Source: Vicinamibacteria bacterium
Lineage (GTDB): Bacteria; Acidobacteriota; Vicinamibacteria; Vicinamibacterales; UBA8438
Direction of reading: 5' to 3'
Assembly (NCBI GenBank): GCA_963577695.1
Contig: CAUZAY010000002.1
Coordinates: 1 to 53,194, forward strand
DNA: 53,194 nucleotides
Below, piece after piece: positions 25,881 through 36,464 of the stretch; position 1 is the stretch's first letter; each line of letters starts with the position of its first letter. Under the pieces are notes generated by a model that was not told where the DNA came from, did no database searches, and saw only the letters and a program-made list of their open reading frames with translations. The translations under genes and the position numbers were made by a program.

Positions 25881-27422
25881 ATGACCATACGAGCACGGTT
25901 GGCTGGGCTCCTTCTCGCCGGCGCCGCCGGCTGCTCGGCATCTGCGCCTCCCGCGCCGTTCGACGTCGTCGAGGCCTCGATCGCCGACCTCGGCGCGGCG
26001 ATGGACGAGGGTCGGATCACATCCGAGCAGCTGGTCGAGCGGTATCTGGCCCGAATCGAGGCGTACGACGACCGCGGGCCGGCGCTCAATAGCATCATCG
26101 CGCTGAACCCGAACGCGCTGGCGACCGCTCACACGCTCGACACCGAGCGCCGCGAGACAGGGCCTCGTGGACCGCTACACGGCGTGCCCATGCTGATCAA
26201 GGACAACTACGACATAGCGGGTCTGCCGACCACGAACGGGTCGCTCGCCATGGCCGACGTGAGACCGCCGGACGACGCCTTCCAGGTGCGGCGGCTACGC
26301 GAGGCGGGCGCCGTCATTCTGGGCAAGACGAACCTGCACGAGTTCGCCCGAGGCATCACGACGGTCAGCTCTCTGGGTGGACAGACCCTGAACCCCTACG
26401 ACACCACCCGCAATCCGGGCGGATCCAGCGGTGGCACCGCCGCCGCGGTGGCGGCCAGCTTCGCGGCGGCCGGGATGGGTAGCGATACCTGCGGGTCGAT
26501 CCGGATTCCGTCCGCGCACAACAGTCTCGTCGGGTTGCGCGGGACGTCCGGCTTGTCGAGTCGAGACGGCGTCGTGCCCCTGTCGCAGACGCTGGACATC
26601 GCCGGGCCGCTCGCGCGGACCGTCACCGACCTGGCCCTGGTGCTCGATGCCACGGTCGGCTCCGACCCGGCCGACCCGACCACCGCCGAGGCGGACGCCA
26701 ACGTGCCAACAAGCTACACGGCGGCGCTGGATAGTGACGCGCTCCGGGGTGCACGGGTCGGAGTGCTGACGATGTTGATGCGGCAAGACCCGGGGGACGA
26801 GCCGGTGGCGCGCGTCATCGACGCGGCCGTCGACGACCTGCGTCGGCTCGGCACTGAAGTGCTAGGTGTGGAGATTGAGGGGCTGGCCGACCTGCTGGAC
26901 AGCTACACGGTGCTGAGCCACGAGTTCAAATTCAGCCTGAACGCCTACCTCGAGGCGATCCCCGGCGCACCGTCGCTCGCAGACGTGCTCGCCGACGGAC
27001 GCTACCACCCCGACGTGGAAGAGCGCCTCATGCGATCCAACGAGGTAGAGACGCTCGACACCGAGGTGTACAGTGAGGCGCTCGGCCGCCGTGAGACCAT
27101 CCGGCGTCGGGTGGTGGAGACGCTGGACGAACTGGAGCTCGACGCGCTCATCTATCCCACGATCCGGCAGCAGGCGGCCGTCATCGGGAGGCCGCAAGGC
27201 GGAGACAACTGTCGGCTCAGCCCTCACAGCGGGCTGCCCGCCATCACCGTGCCGGCCGGCTTCACCCCGGATGAACTGCCCGTCGGGCTGGAAATACTGG
27301 GGCGACCGTTCGCGGAAGCCCGTTTGATCGGGCTTGCCTATGCGTTTGAGCAGGCCACCTCACATCGGCGACCGCCGCCATCGACGCCCGCCCTGCCCGC
27401 GCTCGTCCCAGCGGATCCTTAA
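25881..27422 (+). CDS. Amidase-signature family amidase, lipoprotein-like
   Basis: 513 aa. LLLAGAAGCSA lipobox. GGSSGGTAAAVAASFAAAGMGSDTCGSIRIPSA amidase signature. Confidence 0.85.
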   Translation: MTIRARLAGLLLAGAAGCSASAPPAPFDVVEASIADLGAAMDEGRITSEQLVERYLARIEAYDDRGPALNSIIALNPNALATAHTLDTERRETGPRGPLHGVPMLIKDNYDIAGLPTTNGSLAMADVRPPDDAFQVRRLREAGAVILGKTNLHEFARGITTVSSLGGQTLNPYDTTRNPGGSSGGTAAAVAASFAAAGMGSDTCGSIRIPSAHNSLVGLRGTSGLSSRDGVVPLSQTLDIAGPLARTVTDLALVLDATVGSDPADPTTAEADANVPTSYTAALDSDALRGARVGVLTMLMRQDPGDEPVARVIDAAVDDLRRLGTEVLGVEIEGLADLLDSYTVLSHEFKFSLNAYLEAIPGAPSLADVLADGRYHPDVEERLMRSNEVETLDTEVYSEALGRRETIRRRVVETLDELELDALIYPTIRQQAAVIGRPQGGDNCRLSPHSGLPAITVPAGFTPDELPVGLEILGRPFAEARLIGLAYAFEQATSHRRPPPSTPALPALVPADP

Positions 27423-27429
27423 CCGAACG

Positions 27430-28275
27430 ATGCCGGCCCGCGAGCATTGGGGAAGCCGCTTCGGCTTCATCATGGCCACCGCCGGCTTCGCCATCGGCCT
27501 CGGCAACATCTGGCGCTTCCCCTACGTCGTGGGTGAGAACGGCGGGGCCGCGTTTCTGATCGTCTACCTCGGCTTCGTCATCCTCATCGGCATCCCGCTG
27601 CTGACCGCCGAGACCAGCCTCGGGCGCAAGACGCAGCGCTCCCCGGTGGCCGGCATGGCCGCCGTCGCCGGTCGGCGCAGCCCGTGGATGGTCTTCGCGT
27701 GGCTCGGGATCGGCACCACCTTCATCATTGTCGCGACCTACCTCGTATTGCTCTCCTGGACCGCGGGCTATCTATGGATGGTCGTTCGCGGCACCTTCCC
27801 GAGCGGCACGCAGGCCGAGGTCCAGGCCGCCTTTGGCGCATTCGTCGCGCGCCCCCTCCCCATTGTGACGATGGCCGGACTCCTAATAGGACTGTCCGGA
27901 GTGCTGGTCGCACGCGGCCTGACACGTGGCCTGGAGCGCTTGGCAAAGGTCGCGATGCCCGCGCTGCTCCTGATGCTGGCCCTGCTGGCCGCGCGGTCGT
28001 TGGCGCTCCCGGGCGCTAGCGCAGGGCTTGTCTGGTATCTCCAACCCGACTTCTCCAAGCTTGACGCGGCGGCTGTCCTGGCCGCCCTCGGTCAGGCGTT
28101 CTTCTCGATTGGCGTCGGGGTGGGGAGCGCCTTCGGGCTGGGAAGTTACCTCCACCCGGATCAGAGCGATGTGCCCGGCAGCGCGACGGTGGTGGTGGCG
28201 TGCGATACCGCCGTCGCCTTTCTTGCCGGCGTCGTGATCTCACCCTCGAGGCGATCGCTACCGGTACCCTTGTGA
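27430..28275 (+). pseudogene. Sodium:neurotransmitter symporter (NSS/SNF) family transporter, 3'-truncated to about half length
   Basis: MPAREHWGSRFGFIMATAGFAIGLGNIWRFPY is the classic NSS start. Homology runs to ...CDTAVAFLAGVVI (~28239), then gives 11 unrelated codons and a stop. Only ~6-7 of the expected 11-12 TM helices remain. Confidence 0.7.
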
Positions 28276-28577
28276 CGTTCGAGGTGAGCCATCTGCTCGA
28301 GACGATCGCCGGCATCGCCGCTGCGGCCGGTCGCAAGTGGGACGCCGCCGAGACGCACTACCAAACCGCGGTGCGTCTGGCGGACGAGATGCCGTTCGTC
28401 AGCGAGCAGGCCGAGGCGCGGTATTGGTATGCGAGGATGCTCGTGGACCACGACTCGCCGGGGGATCGCGTCCGAGCCGGTGAGCTTCTCCATCGAGCGC
28501 TCGAGGTCTACCGGAAGATCGGCATGCCGTGGCACGTGGAGCGAGCCGAGAAGCTAGTCGCCGAGGCCTCGGACTGA
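28242..28577 (+). pseudogene. C-terminal TPR-type fragment of a large regulatory protein, no own N-terminus
   Basis: In a different frame from the NSS remnant: ...WDAAETHYQTAVRLADEMPFVSEQAEARYWYARMLVDHDSPGDRVRAGELLHRALEVYRKIGMPWHVERAEKLVAEASD*. This resembles the tail of TPR-containing cyclase/LuxR-type regulators. It abuts the NSS breakpoint at ~28240. Confidence 0.45.
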
Positions 28578-28659
28578 ACCACCAGCAGTAGCCCACGACG
28601 CGGGGCGGATGGATCGACCGGGGAACAGCTCGCCGGCCTTGCCTCCGCGCCGACCGCCG

Positions 28660-29064
28660 TCAGTACGCGCGAACCGTCAACCCAGGAATCCGTTCGAAGT
28701 CCCGGGGGTTTCTCGTCACGAGCACGGAGTCCGCCAGTACGGCCGTGGTCCCGATCAGGAGATCCATGGTCGGGACGGCGCCGCCCGACCGTCGCGTGGC
28801 CGCGAGCAGCTTGCCGTAGGTCGCTGGAAATCGCTTTTCCGGATAGTCCACCCAGAGTCCCGCCAACAGTTCCGCGACCTTGGTGCGCTCCGAGAGCGGG
28901 TCGCGCGCGAGCTCGACGCCAGCCTCAAGTTCACAGGCAACGAAGACGCTGATAGCCAGGGGTTCCTGCAGTAGCGAGTCCAGAACACCCGTCGCCGGTC
29001 CGTCCGAGCTCCTGGCACGCTCCCGAAGCAGATCGACGAGGAACGAGGTATCCAGGTGGATCAC
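28660..29064 (-). CDS. vapC: PIN-domain toxin VapC
   Basis: 134 aa, GTG start overlapping the antitoxin stop (GTGA). [13 protein letters not shown] ... CELE ... [25 protein letters not shown]. Confidence 0.85.
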   Translation of the reverse strand: MIHLDTSFLVDLLRERARSSDGPATGVLDSLLQEPLAISVFVACELEAGVELARDPLSERTKVAELLAGLWVDYPEKRFPATYGKLLAATRRSGGAVPTMDLLIGTTAVLADSVLVTRNPRDFERIPGLTVRAY

Positions 29065-29294
29065 AGGGTCGCCGCCGGGGCGGGATCGTCCTGACGCTCG
29101 GCAACCTGCCTATCGATCGCCTCGATCTCGGCGGCGGTAAGTGCCGCCCGCGCGAGGGCACGCTTCAACTCCGCGCCAGTCCGAGGGCCACCAAAGTGCT
29201 CCTTGATGACCTTGGAGAACGACTGGCCTGCCCGCTTGTGTCGCGACAGCACGTCGTAGGCTTCCATATCAATCGTGATTGTCTTTACAGCCAT
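29061..29294 (-). CDS. vapB: VapB-type antitoxin (DUF217/VAPB_antitox-like)
   Basis: Trimmed to ATG 29292-29294. [34 protein letters not shown] is typical of this antitoxin family. Translationally coupled to vapC. Confidence 0.75.
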   Translation of the reverse strand: MAVKTITIDMEAYDVLSRHKRAGQSFSKVIKEHFGGPRTGAELKRALARAALTAAEIEAIDRQVAERQDDPAPAATL

Positions 29295-29313
29295 GCACTT
29301 ATCGTGCACTTAT
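29294..29313. promoter_or_regulatory. Direct repeat TGCACTTAT x2 with an 11-bp period, overlapping the vapB start; candidate autoregulatory operator
   Basis: Read directly at 29294-29302 and 29305-29313. A TATAAT at 29311-29316 (plus strand) overlaps the second repeat. Confidence 0.3.
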
Positions 29314-29382
29314 AATCACGCGCCTGTCAATATGGCGACCGCCATCCCTCGTCGTGGGACACCGCGAACCGCACGTTCATTC

Positions 29383-29388
29383 TATAAT
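29383..29388 (+). promoter_or_regulatory. Candidate -10 box TATAAT for the dapE operon
   Basis: Exact hexamer 33 nt upstream of ATG 29421, followed by CG as at 3827. Confidence 0.35.
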
Positions 29389-29420
29389 CGTCGCTCTCAC
29401 GCCACCTCCCGGAACATGCG

Positions 29421-30527
29421 ATGACCTCCCCGAGTCCGTCCGTCCCCCGCGTCGATCGACGCCGAGCGCTTCTCGTCGATCTGATCAACATTCCGTCGGT
29501 GAGTCACCACGAACACCACCTGGCGAATTGGACGGAGGCACAGCTGCGGCAGTCTCCCCATGGCGAGGTCTTACGGGCTGGCGACGAGGTGGCCTTTCGC
29601 TTCCCCGCGGTCGCCGGCAAACCCAAGATCATCTTCTGCGGGCACCTGGACACCGTACCGGTCAACGACAACCAGACGGCCCGCGTCGAGGACGACCGGG
29701 TCTATGGCCTCGGCGCGACGGATCTGAAGGCCGGCTTGGCCGTGTTCCTCGATCTGATCGAGACCCTCGACCCCGCCACCCTGCACGTCGATCCGGTGTT
29801 CGTCTTCTACACCTGCGAGGAGGTCGCATACCAGGAATCTGGCCTGCTCGTGGTCCAGCGGGAGCTTCCCGAGGTGCTCCAGAACGCCCGGTTCGCGATC
29901 TGCGTCGAACCGACCGAGAACGCCATCGAACTGGGCTGCCTCGGGAATCTCCACGCCGAGGTGACGGTGCGTGGGAAGGCCGCCCACTCGGCGCGGCCCT
30001 GGTTCGGCGAGAACGCCATTCACGCCGCGGGCCCGTTGATCGACAGGATCGCGGCGGTGCCGGAGCGATCGGTCGACTATGGCGAACAGCTGCGCTACCG
30101 CGAGGTCATCTCCGCCACCACGATCACCGGCGGTGACGCCCGCAACGTGATCCCGGACACGCTCAGGATGAACGTTAACTTTCGCTTCGCCCCGGATCGC
30201 AGCCGCGAGGAAGCGGTCGCCGTGGTTCGCGAGCTCATCGGGGACGTGGGGAACATCGAGATCACGGACCTGTCACCGGCAGGCCGCGTGGTCTCCGAGA
30301 ATCCCTTCTGCCAGGCCCTGGTCGCCGCCGCGGGCGGCGCGGTCCGCGCCAAACAAGCGTGGACCGATGTCGGACGCTTCAGTGAATGGGGCATCGATGC
30401 GGTCTCTTGCGGCCCGGGCATCCCGGCGCAGGCTCACCAGAAGGAGGAGTACGCCACGATCGATGCGATGACCCAAAGCGCCGCCCTATTCGAGCGTTTC
30501 CTCCAGGAAGTCCGGGAAGTCTCGTGA
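29421..30527 (+). CDS. dapE: Succinyl-diaminopimelate desuccinylase (M20 peptidase family)
   Basis: 368 aa. LLVDLINIPSVSHHEHHLANW and CGHLDTVPV. First gene of an overlapping three-gene set with the dapC-like and dapD genes. Confidence 0.8.
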   Translation: MTSPSPSVPRVDRRRALLVDLINIPSVSHHEHHLANWTEAQLRQSPHGEVLRAGDEVAFRFPAVAGKPKIIFCGHLDTVPVNDNQTARVEDDRVYGLGATDLKAGLAVFLDLIETLDPATLHVDPVFVFYTCEEVAYQESGLLVVQRELPEVLQNARFAICVEPTENAIELGCLGNLHAEVTVRGKAAHSARPWFGENAIHAAGPLIDRIAAVPERSVDYGEQLRYREVISATTITGGDARNVIPDTLRMNVNFRFAPDRSREEAVAVVRELIGDVGNIEITDLSPAGRVVSENPFCQALVAAAGGAVRAKQAWTDVGRFSEWGIDAVSCGPGIPAQAHQKEEYATIDAMTQSAALFERFLQEVREVS

Positions 30528-31677
30528 ATCCGCTGTTGGAGCAAGAGCGAGAATACCCCTTCGCCCGGCTCCTCGAGATCAAGCGGCGGCGGCAGGACCA
30601 AGGTCGAACCGTGCTCGACTTCGGGCAAGGCGACCCGCGGGACCCCACTCCGGGATTTATCCGCCGCGCCCTTGCAGACGCGGTGCCCGAGGTGTCCTCG
30701 TACCCAACGGTGAAGGGCACGCGCCAGCTTCGGGTCAGCATCGCGGGTTATCTGAAAAGGCGATTCGCGCTCGACGTCGACCCCGATCGTCACATCCTCC
30801 CGGTCACCGGGACCAAGGAAGGCATCTTCACGTCGCACCTGGCGCTTCTCGACCCCCGGGGAACGCGACGAGGCGTGGTGGTGTTTGAACCGGCCTATCC
30901 GGTATACGTCGAGGGCGCTCGCTACGCCGGGGGCATGGTTCACGCGGTCACGTTGACTCGGCAGTCCGGTTTCCGACCAGACCCTGAGTCGCTCGGTAGG
31001 GAGATGCTGGGGCGAACGGCGATGATGTGGATCAACTACCCCCACAACCCGACCGGGGCCGAAGCGGACGCAGCCTGGTACGCGCGCATGCGCGAACTCG
31101 CGCGTGAGCACGACTTCGTCCTCGCCTCAGACGAGTGCTACGCGGATATCTGTTTCGGGGCGCCGCACCCGTCGGTGCTGGTGCCCGAAGAGGCACCGGA
31201 CTTCGAGGGTGTGCTGGCCTTCCACTCGTGCTCCAAGCGCTCGTGCATGACCGGGTATCGCAGTGGCTTTGTCGTCGGCGACCCCAGTTTGATCGCGGCC
31301 CTGGCAAAATTTCGACCCAGCGTCGGCGTTGCCACCCCGGCCTTCGTCCAGGACGCCGCGTCCGCGGCGTGGGACGACGACACGCACGTGCAGGAGATCC
31401 TCGACCGCTATCGCAGACGTCGGGAGTGCTTCCTTGAGGCCTTTGAGCGCCGCGGCTGGCACCACGACGGTGGCAACGCGACCTTCTATCTGTGGTTGCG
31501 CGTGCCCGAGGGCTTTGGTGATTCGATTCGCTTCGCCGAGCGTCTCCTGGAAGAGGACATGCTGGTCACGCCCGGGGCGTTCTTGGGAGCGGGCGGAGAG
31601 GGACACGTCCGTTTCGCCCTGGTCGGCACCGAAGACGACAGCCGCGACGCCGCGGCGAGATTGCAGAGGATCCAACC

Positions 31678-31681
<4 letters not shown>
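30524..31681 (+). CDS. dapC: Class I/II PLP aminotransferase, probable N-succinyl-diaminopimelate aminotransferase
   Basis: GTG 30524 overlaps the dapE stop (GTGA). YPFARLLEIKRR, NYPHNPTG, SKRSCMTGYRSG (PLP lysine). The function is assigned from operon context. Confidence 0.7.
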
Positions 31682-32526
<845 letters not shown>

Positions 32527-32546
32527 ACGTCGCCGCAGAATCGCGC

Positions 32547-33875
32547 TCAATCCTTATACGGATCAAACTCCTCCATGCCGGCCATGGCGACGCCGACCGG
32601 CTGCAGCGTGTGCAGCACACGTATCGTGTCGCCGTGCGCCTCGAGCACCTCCGGCAGCCGCTTGTAGACCTCCGGGGCTTCGTCCGCGCCGGCCCCGCGC
32701 AGCTCTACGCCTCGGGCGCGCACTTCAGCCTGCACCGACGGCCAGTCGACCTTGCCAGTCTTCACGACCTCGCGCGTCCGATGCTTCTGTGTCTTCCCAC
32801 CGCAGGTGGGACAGCGCGGGTTGGCCCCGTCAGAGCTCTTCGCCGTCCGGATGGGAAGCGACCCGTCACAGTCACGCCGCATGCAGGCCCACTGCGTGCG
32901 CCGCTTCACGCGACCGGCTGCCTCGGTCCGGGACATCACGCGCCCAGCGCCGTGAACCGTTGAGTACAGCGACCGCGCGGACATCGGTGACTCCTGTCCC
33001 TCGAGCACGACACTGATCTCGCCCATCGAGCCGCCGACGAATCCGCGCTGTCCCGGAAACGCCGGGGTGGCGCCCTTCCTGATCACCCAGAAGTCCTCGC
33101 CGTCGTGGCGCTCCCGCCAAGCGAAATTGTGGTGGTTGTGCACGGTGTCGGTCAGGCTTGCCCCGATAATCCGCGCCACGCGGTCCACGACCCACTCGCG
33201 TCCGGCGTACGCATACCGGCCGGCTATCTCCATGGCCGCTACGTAGTCAGTCCCCAGGTCGGTGCGCGTGTCGATCAGCACGGGCAGCGCGTCCATGCCA
33301 CCACCTGTGACCTTGTCATCCCACGCCCGGTTCTGAGCCAGCGCCAGAAAGCCCGTGCAGGTTCGATGACCAAACCCGCGTGACCCGAAATGGACCCCGA
33401 TCCAGACCCAACCGTCTTCGTCGGCAAACAGGTCGATGTAGTGGTTCCCGCCACCAACGGTGCCGAGCTGACTGCCCGCGAGCGGCGCCATGCGCCGTTG
33501 CTCGGAGACGGGGCTGTGGGCAATCTCGTCCAGCACGGGATGGTCGACCCGTTCCGGGTTCTTGCGTCCTATCCCAAAGCTCAGACGCGCCCAGACTTCA
33601 TCCATGACGCGAGGCAGGTCCGGTTTCAGGGTATCGATACGGATGTTGGTCCGCGCGGCCAGGTTTCCACAGGCGATGTCGTAGCCCACGCCAGACGGCG
33701 ACACGTGGTGGCGATAGGCGACGACGCCACCAATCGGCTGGCTGTAGCCCGGGTGGTGGTCTGCACACAGCACCCCACGCAGCTCCCGACCCTCGCGGGC
33801 CTCCGCCGCCGCGAGACAGGTCCGCAATTGAGTGTGGCTCCACCGGTCGACCTGGCCAAATGTCGCGATACTCAC
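32547..33875 (-). CDS. rtcB: RtcB-family RNA 3'-phosphate ligase with a Cys4 insertion
   Basis: 442 aa, GTG start. GVGYDIACGN, GGGNHYIDLF, HFGSRGFGH, VHNHHNF, HGAGR. Extra segment WACMRRDCDGS...NPRCPTCGGK after HGAGR. Confidence 0.85.
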   Translation of the reverse strand: MSIATFGQVDRWSHTQLRTCLAAAEAREGRELRGVLCADHHPGYSQPIGGVVAYRHHVSPSGVGYDIACGNLAARTNIRIDTLKPDLPRVMDEVWARLSFGIGRKNPERVDHPVLDEIAHSPVSEQRRMAPLAGSQLGTVGGGNHYIDLFADEDGWVWIGVHFGSRGFGHRTCTGFLALAQNRAWDDKVTGGGMDALPVLIDTRTDLGTDYVAAMEIAGRYAYAGREWVVDRVARIIGASLTDTVHNHHNFAWRERHDGEDFWVIRKGATPAFPGQRGFVGGSMGEISVVLEGQESPMSARSLYSTVHGAGRVMSRTEAAGRVKRRTQWACMRRDCDGSLPIRTAKSSDGANPRCPTCGGKTQKHRTREVVKTGKVDWPSVQAEVRARGVELRGAGADEAPEVYKRLPEVLEAHGDTIRVLHTLQPVGVAMAGMEEFDPYKD

Positions 33876-33969
33876 GCTGCTCTCACCTTCTTGCCTGGCT
33901 GCACACCGCAGGCTCGACGTACTATAAGCGTCTGCGGACCGTCAGCTGGACGAGCTTGCTGAACCCACG

Positions 33970-36450
33970 ATGGCTTCTCGCACCGATACTCGACCGTCCC
34001 ACGATGCCGCCTTGGCCTTGGTGGGTGAACACGACCTGCCCCAGCTCATGGAGCGGGCGGCGGCACTCCGCGATGCCGGATTCGGCCAGGCGGTCAGCTA
34101 TTCCAGAAAGGTCTTCATCCCGCTGACCCAGCTGTGTCGGGATGTCTGCCACTACTGCACGTTCGCCCAGTCCCCCCGACCGGGTGAGCGGGCCTATCTG
34201 ACGCTCGACGAGGTCGTGGACGTGGCCCGGCGTGGCGCCGAAGCGGGGTGCCGGGAGGCGCTCTTTACACTGGGCGACAGACCGGAGCTGAGGTACCCAC
34301 AGGCGCGAGCGGAGCTTGCCGAGCTGGGACACCCCACGACCATCTCGTATCTGGTGGCCGCCGCCGGCGCCGTCTTCGAGGCGACCGGCTTGCTGCCCCA
34401 CGCCAACCCGGGTGTCCTCACGGAGACCGAGTTGCGCGGGCTGCGCGAGGTCTGCCCGTCGCAGGGGCTGATGCTCGAGAGCGCGTCGCCGCGTCTGCTG
34501 GAGCCGGGCCAAGTGCACCACGGGTCACCCGACAAGGACCCCGAGGCCCGTCTGGCCACGATGCGTCTCGCGGGCGAGCTGGCGATTCCTTACACCTCGG
34601 GCATTTTGATCGGGATCGGCGAAACCCGGGAAGAGCGCATCGCTTCGCTGCTGGCGCTGAGGGCCCTGCACGACGAGTACGGGCACATCCAAGAGATCAT
34701 CATTCAGAACTTCCGGGCCAAGCCACAGACTCGGATGGCGCAGGCCCCCGAACCTACACTCGACGACCTGTTGTGGACGATTGCCTGCGCCCGAGTCATC
34801 TTTGGCCCCGAGATGGCGATTCAGGCGCCGCCGAACCTGAGCCCGGATACCTTCGGCACCTTGATTCGGGCCGGCATCAACGACTGGGGCGGTGTGTCGC
34901 CGGTCACCCCCGACCACGTCAATCCGGAAGCGCCATGGCCACATCTCGAGCAACTGGCCCGCGAGACCGAGCGCGAGGGCAAGGTGCTGACCGAGCGGCT
35001 CACGGTGTATCCCCCCTACGTGCGGCAACTCGACACCTGGGTGGCGGAAGGACTCCGGACGGCCGTCGTGCAGGCCTCCGAAGCGGACGGGTTTGCGCGC
35101 GAGGGGACGTGGTCGCCTGGCGATCGCGACGCGGTGCTACCGGCGGCGCTCCTCGACCGCCTGGACGACGCGAAGGCGCCGGTCCCGACGTCGAGGATGC
35201 AGGCGCTCTGCGCCCTGGCGTCTCGTGGCGACGGGCTCGACGAGTCCGAGATTGCAGAGCTCTTCTCAGCCAGAGGCGACGATTTCGTCACCGTCGTGCG
35301 CGCGGCGGATGCGCTACGCCGTGAGGTCAATGGCGACGAGGTCACCTACGTCGTCAATCGCAACATCAATTACACCAACGTCTGCTACTTCAAGTGTCAG
35401 TTCTGCGCCTTCTCAAAGGGCAAGCTCAGCGAGAATCTGCGCGGGGCGCCCTACGACCTCGACCTCGAAGAGATTGGCCGCCGCAGCGTGGAAGCGTGGG
35501 AACGCGGGGCCACCGAAGTATGCATGCAGGGCGGCATCCACCCCGAGTACACCGGCGCGACCTATCTGGACATCTGTCGCACGGTCAAAGCGGCCGTGCC
35601 GGACATGCATGTGCACGCCTTCTCGCCCCTCGAGGTCTGGCAAGGCGCCGCCACGCTCGGCATCTCGCTCGATGCGTTCCTCCGGCAACTGAAGGCGGCG
35701 GGACTCGGGACGCTCCCGGGCACGGCGGCCGAAGTGCTGCACGACGAGGTACGGGAGACGCTGTGCCCCGACAAGCTCTCGTCCGGACAGTGGCTCGACG
35801 TGATGGACACCGCGCATCGCGTGGGGTTCAGAACGACGGCCACCATCATGTATGGGCACATCGATCGTCCCCGGCACTGGGCGCGTCATCTGACCAGCAT
35901 CCGAGATCTGCAGGCCACCACGGGCGGGTTCACCGAGTTCGTCCCGCTGCCGTTCGTCCATATGGAGGCGCCGCTCTATCTGAAGGGGCAAGCCCGCCGT
36001 GGCCCGACGTTCCGAGAGTCGCTGCTCATGCATGCGGTGGCCAGACTGGCGTTGCACCCGCTGGTGCCGAACATTCAAGCCTCGTGGGTCAAGTTGGGCC
36101 CACGTGGCGTGCGCGCGTGCCTCGAAGCGGGGGTCAACGACCTGGGCGGCACGCTCATGAACGAGAGCATCACCCGGGCCGCCGGCGCGGGGTTCGGTGA
36201 AGAGTTGTCACCGGAACAGATGGAAGCGTTGATCTCTGGGGCTGGTCGAACCCCGAAACAGCGCTCCACCTCGTATGGCGAACCGCCGGCTCCGCAGGTG
36301 GCGCGGTCCTTTCACGCGGCGGATCTGGGTCCCGTGGTGCAGACACCGGCACCGGGCTGGGCCCGCTCTGGCTCGCCCACGCTGATCAGGCCAGGGCTCG
36401 AGACCGACCCTGTTGGCGAAGCGCCAGTGAACGCCCGCACGACCAGGTAG
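33970..36450 (+). CDS. fbiC: Bifunctional FO synthase (fused CofG/CofH), F420 chromophore biosynthesis
   Basis: 826 aa with two radical-SAM CxxxCxxC boxes (CRDVCHYCTF and CYFKCQFCAF) in the CofG-then-CofH order typical of FbiC. Confidence 0.9.
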   Translation: MASRTDTRPSHDAALALVGEHDLPQLMERAAALRDAGFGQAVSYSRKVFIPLTQLCRDVCHYCTFAQSPRPGERAYLTLDEVVDVARRGAEAGCREALFTLGDRPELRYPQARAELAELGHPTTISYLVAAAGAVFEATGLLPHANPGVLTETELRGLREVCPSQGLMLESASPRLLEPGQVHHGSPDKDPEARLATMRLAGELAIPYTSGILIGIGETREERIASLLALRALHDEYGHIQEIIIQNFRAKPQTRMAQAPEPTLDDLLWTIACARVIFGPEMAIQAPPNLSPDTFGTLIRAGINDWGGVSPVTPDHVNPEAPWPHLEQLARETEREGKVLTERLTVYPPYVRQLDTWVAEGLRTAVVQASEADGFAREGTWSPGDRDAVLPAALLDRLDDAKAPVPTSRMQALCALASRGDGLDESEIAELFSARGDDFVTVVRAADALRREVNGDEVTYVVNRNINYTNVCYFKCQFCAFSKGKLSENLRGAPYDLDLEEIGRRSVEAWERGATEVCMQGGIHPEYTGATYLDICRTVKAAVPDMHVHAFSPLEVWQGAATLGISLDAFLRQLKAAGLGTLPGTAAEVLHDEVRETLCPDKLSSGQWLDVMDTAHRVGFRTTATIMYGHIDRPRHWARHLTSIRDLQATTGGFTEFVPLPFVHMEAPLYLKGQARRGPTFRESLLMHAVARLALHPLVPNIQASWVKLGPRGVRACLEAGVNDLGGTLMNESITRAAGAGFGEELSPEQMEALISGAGRTPKQRSTSYGEPPAPQVARSFHAADLGPVVQTPAPGWARSGSPTLIRPGLETDPVGEAPVNARTTR

Positions 36451-36464
36451 AGGGAGGCGAACTG

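Noticed and set aside
29295-29420. Lysine riboswitch (L-box) upstream of dapE.
   Set aside because: The gap is only 126 bp and is shared with the divergent vapB promoter. The candidate -10 lies 33 nt before the dapE ATG, leaving no room for a ~180-nt L-box, and no conserved L-box helices were seen.
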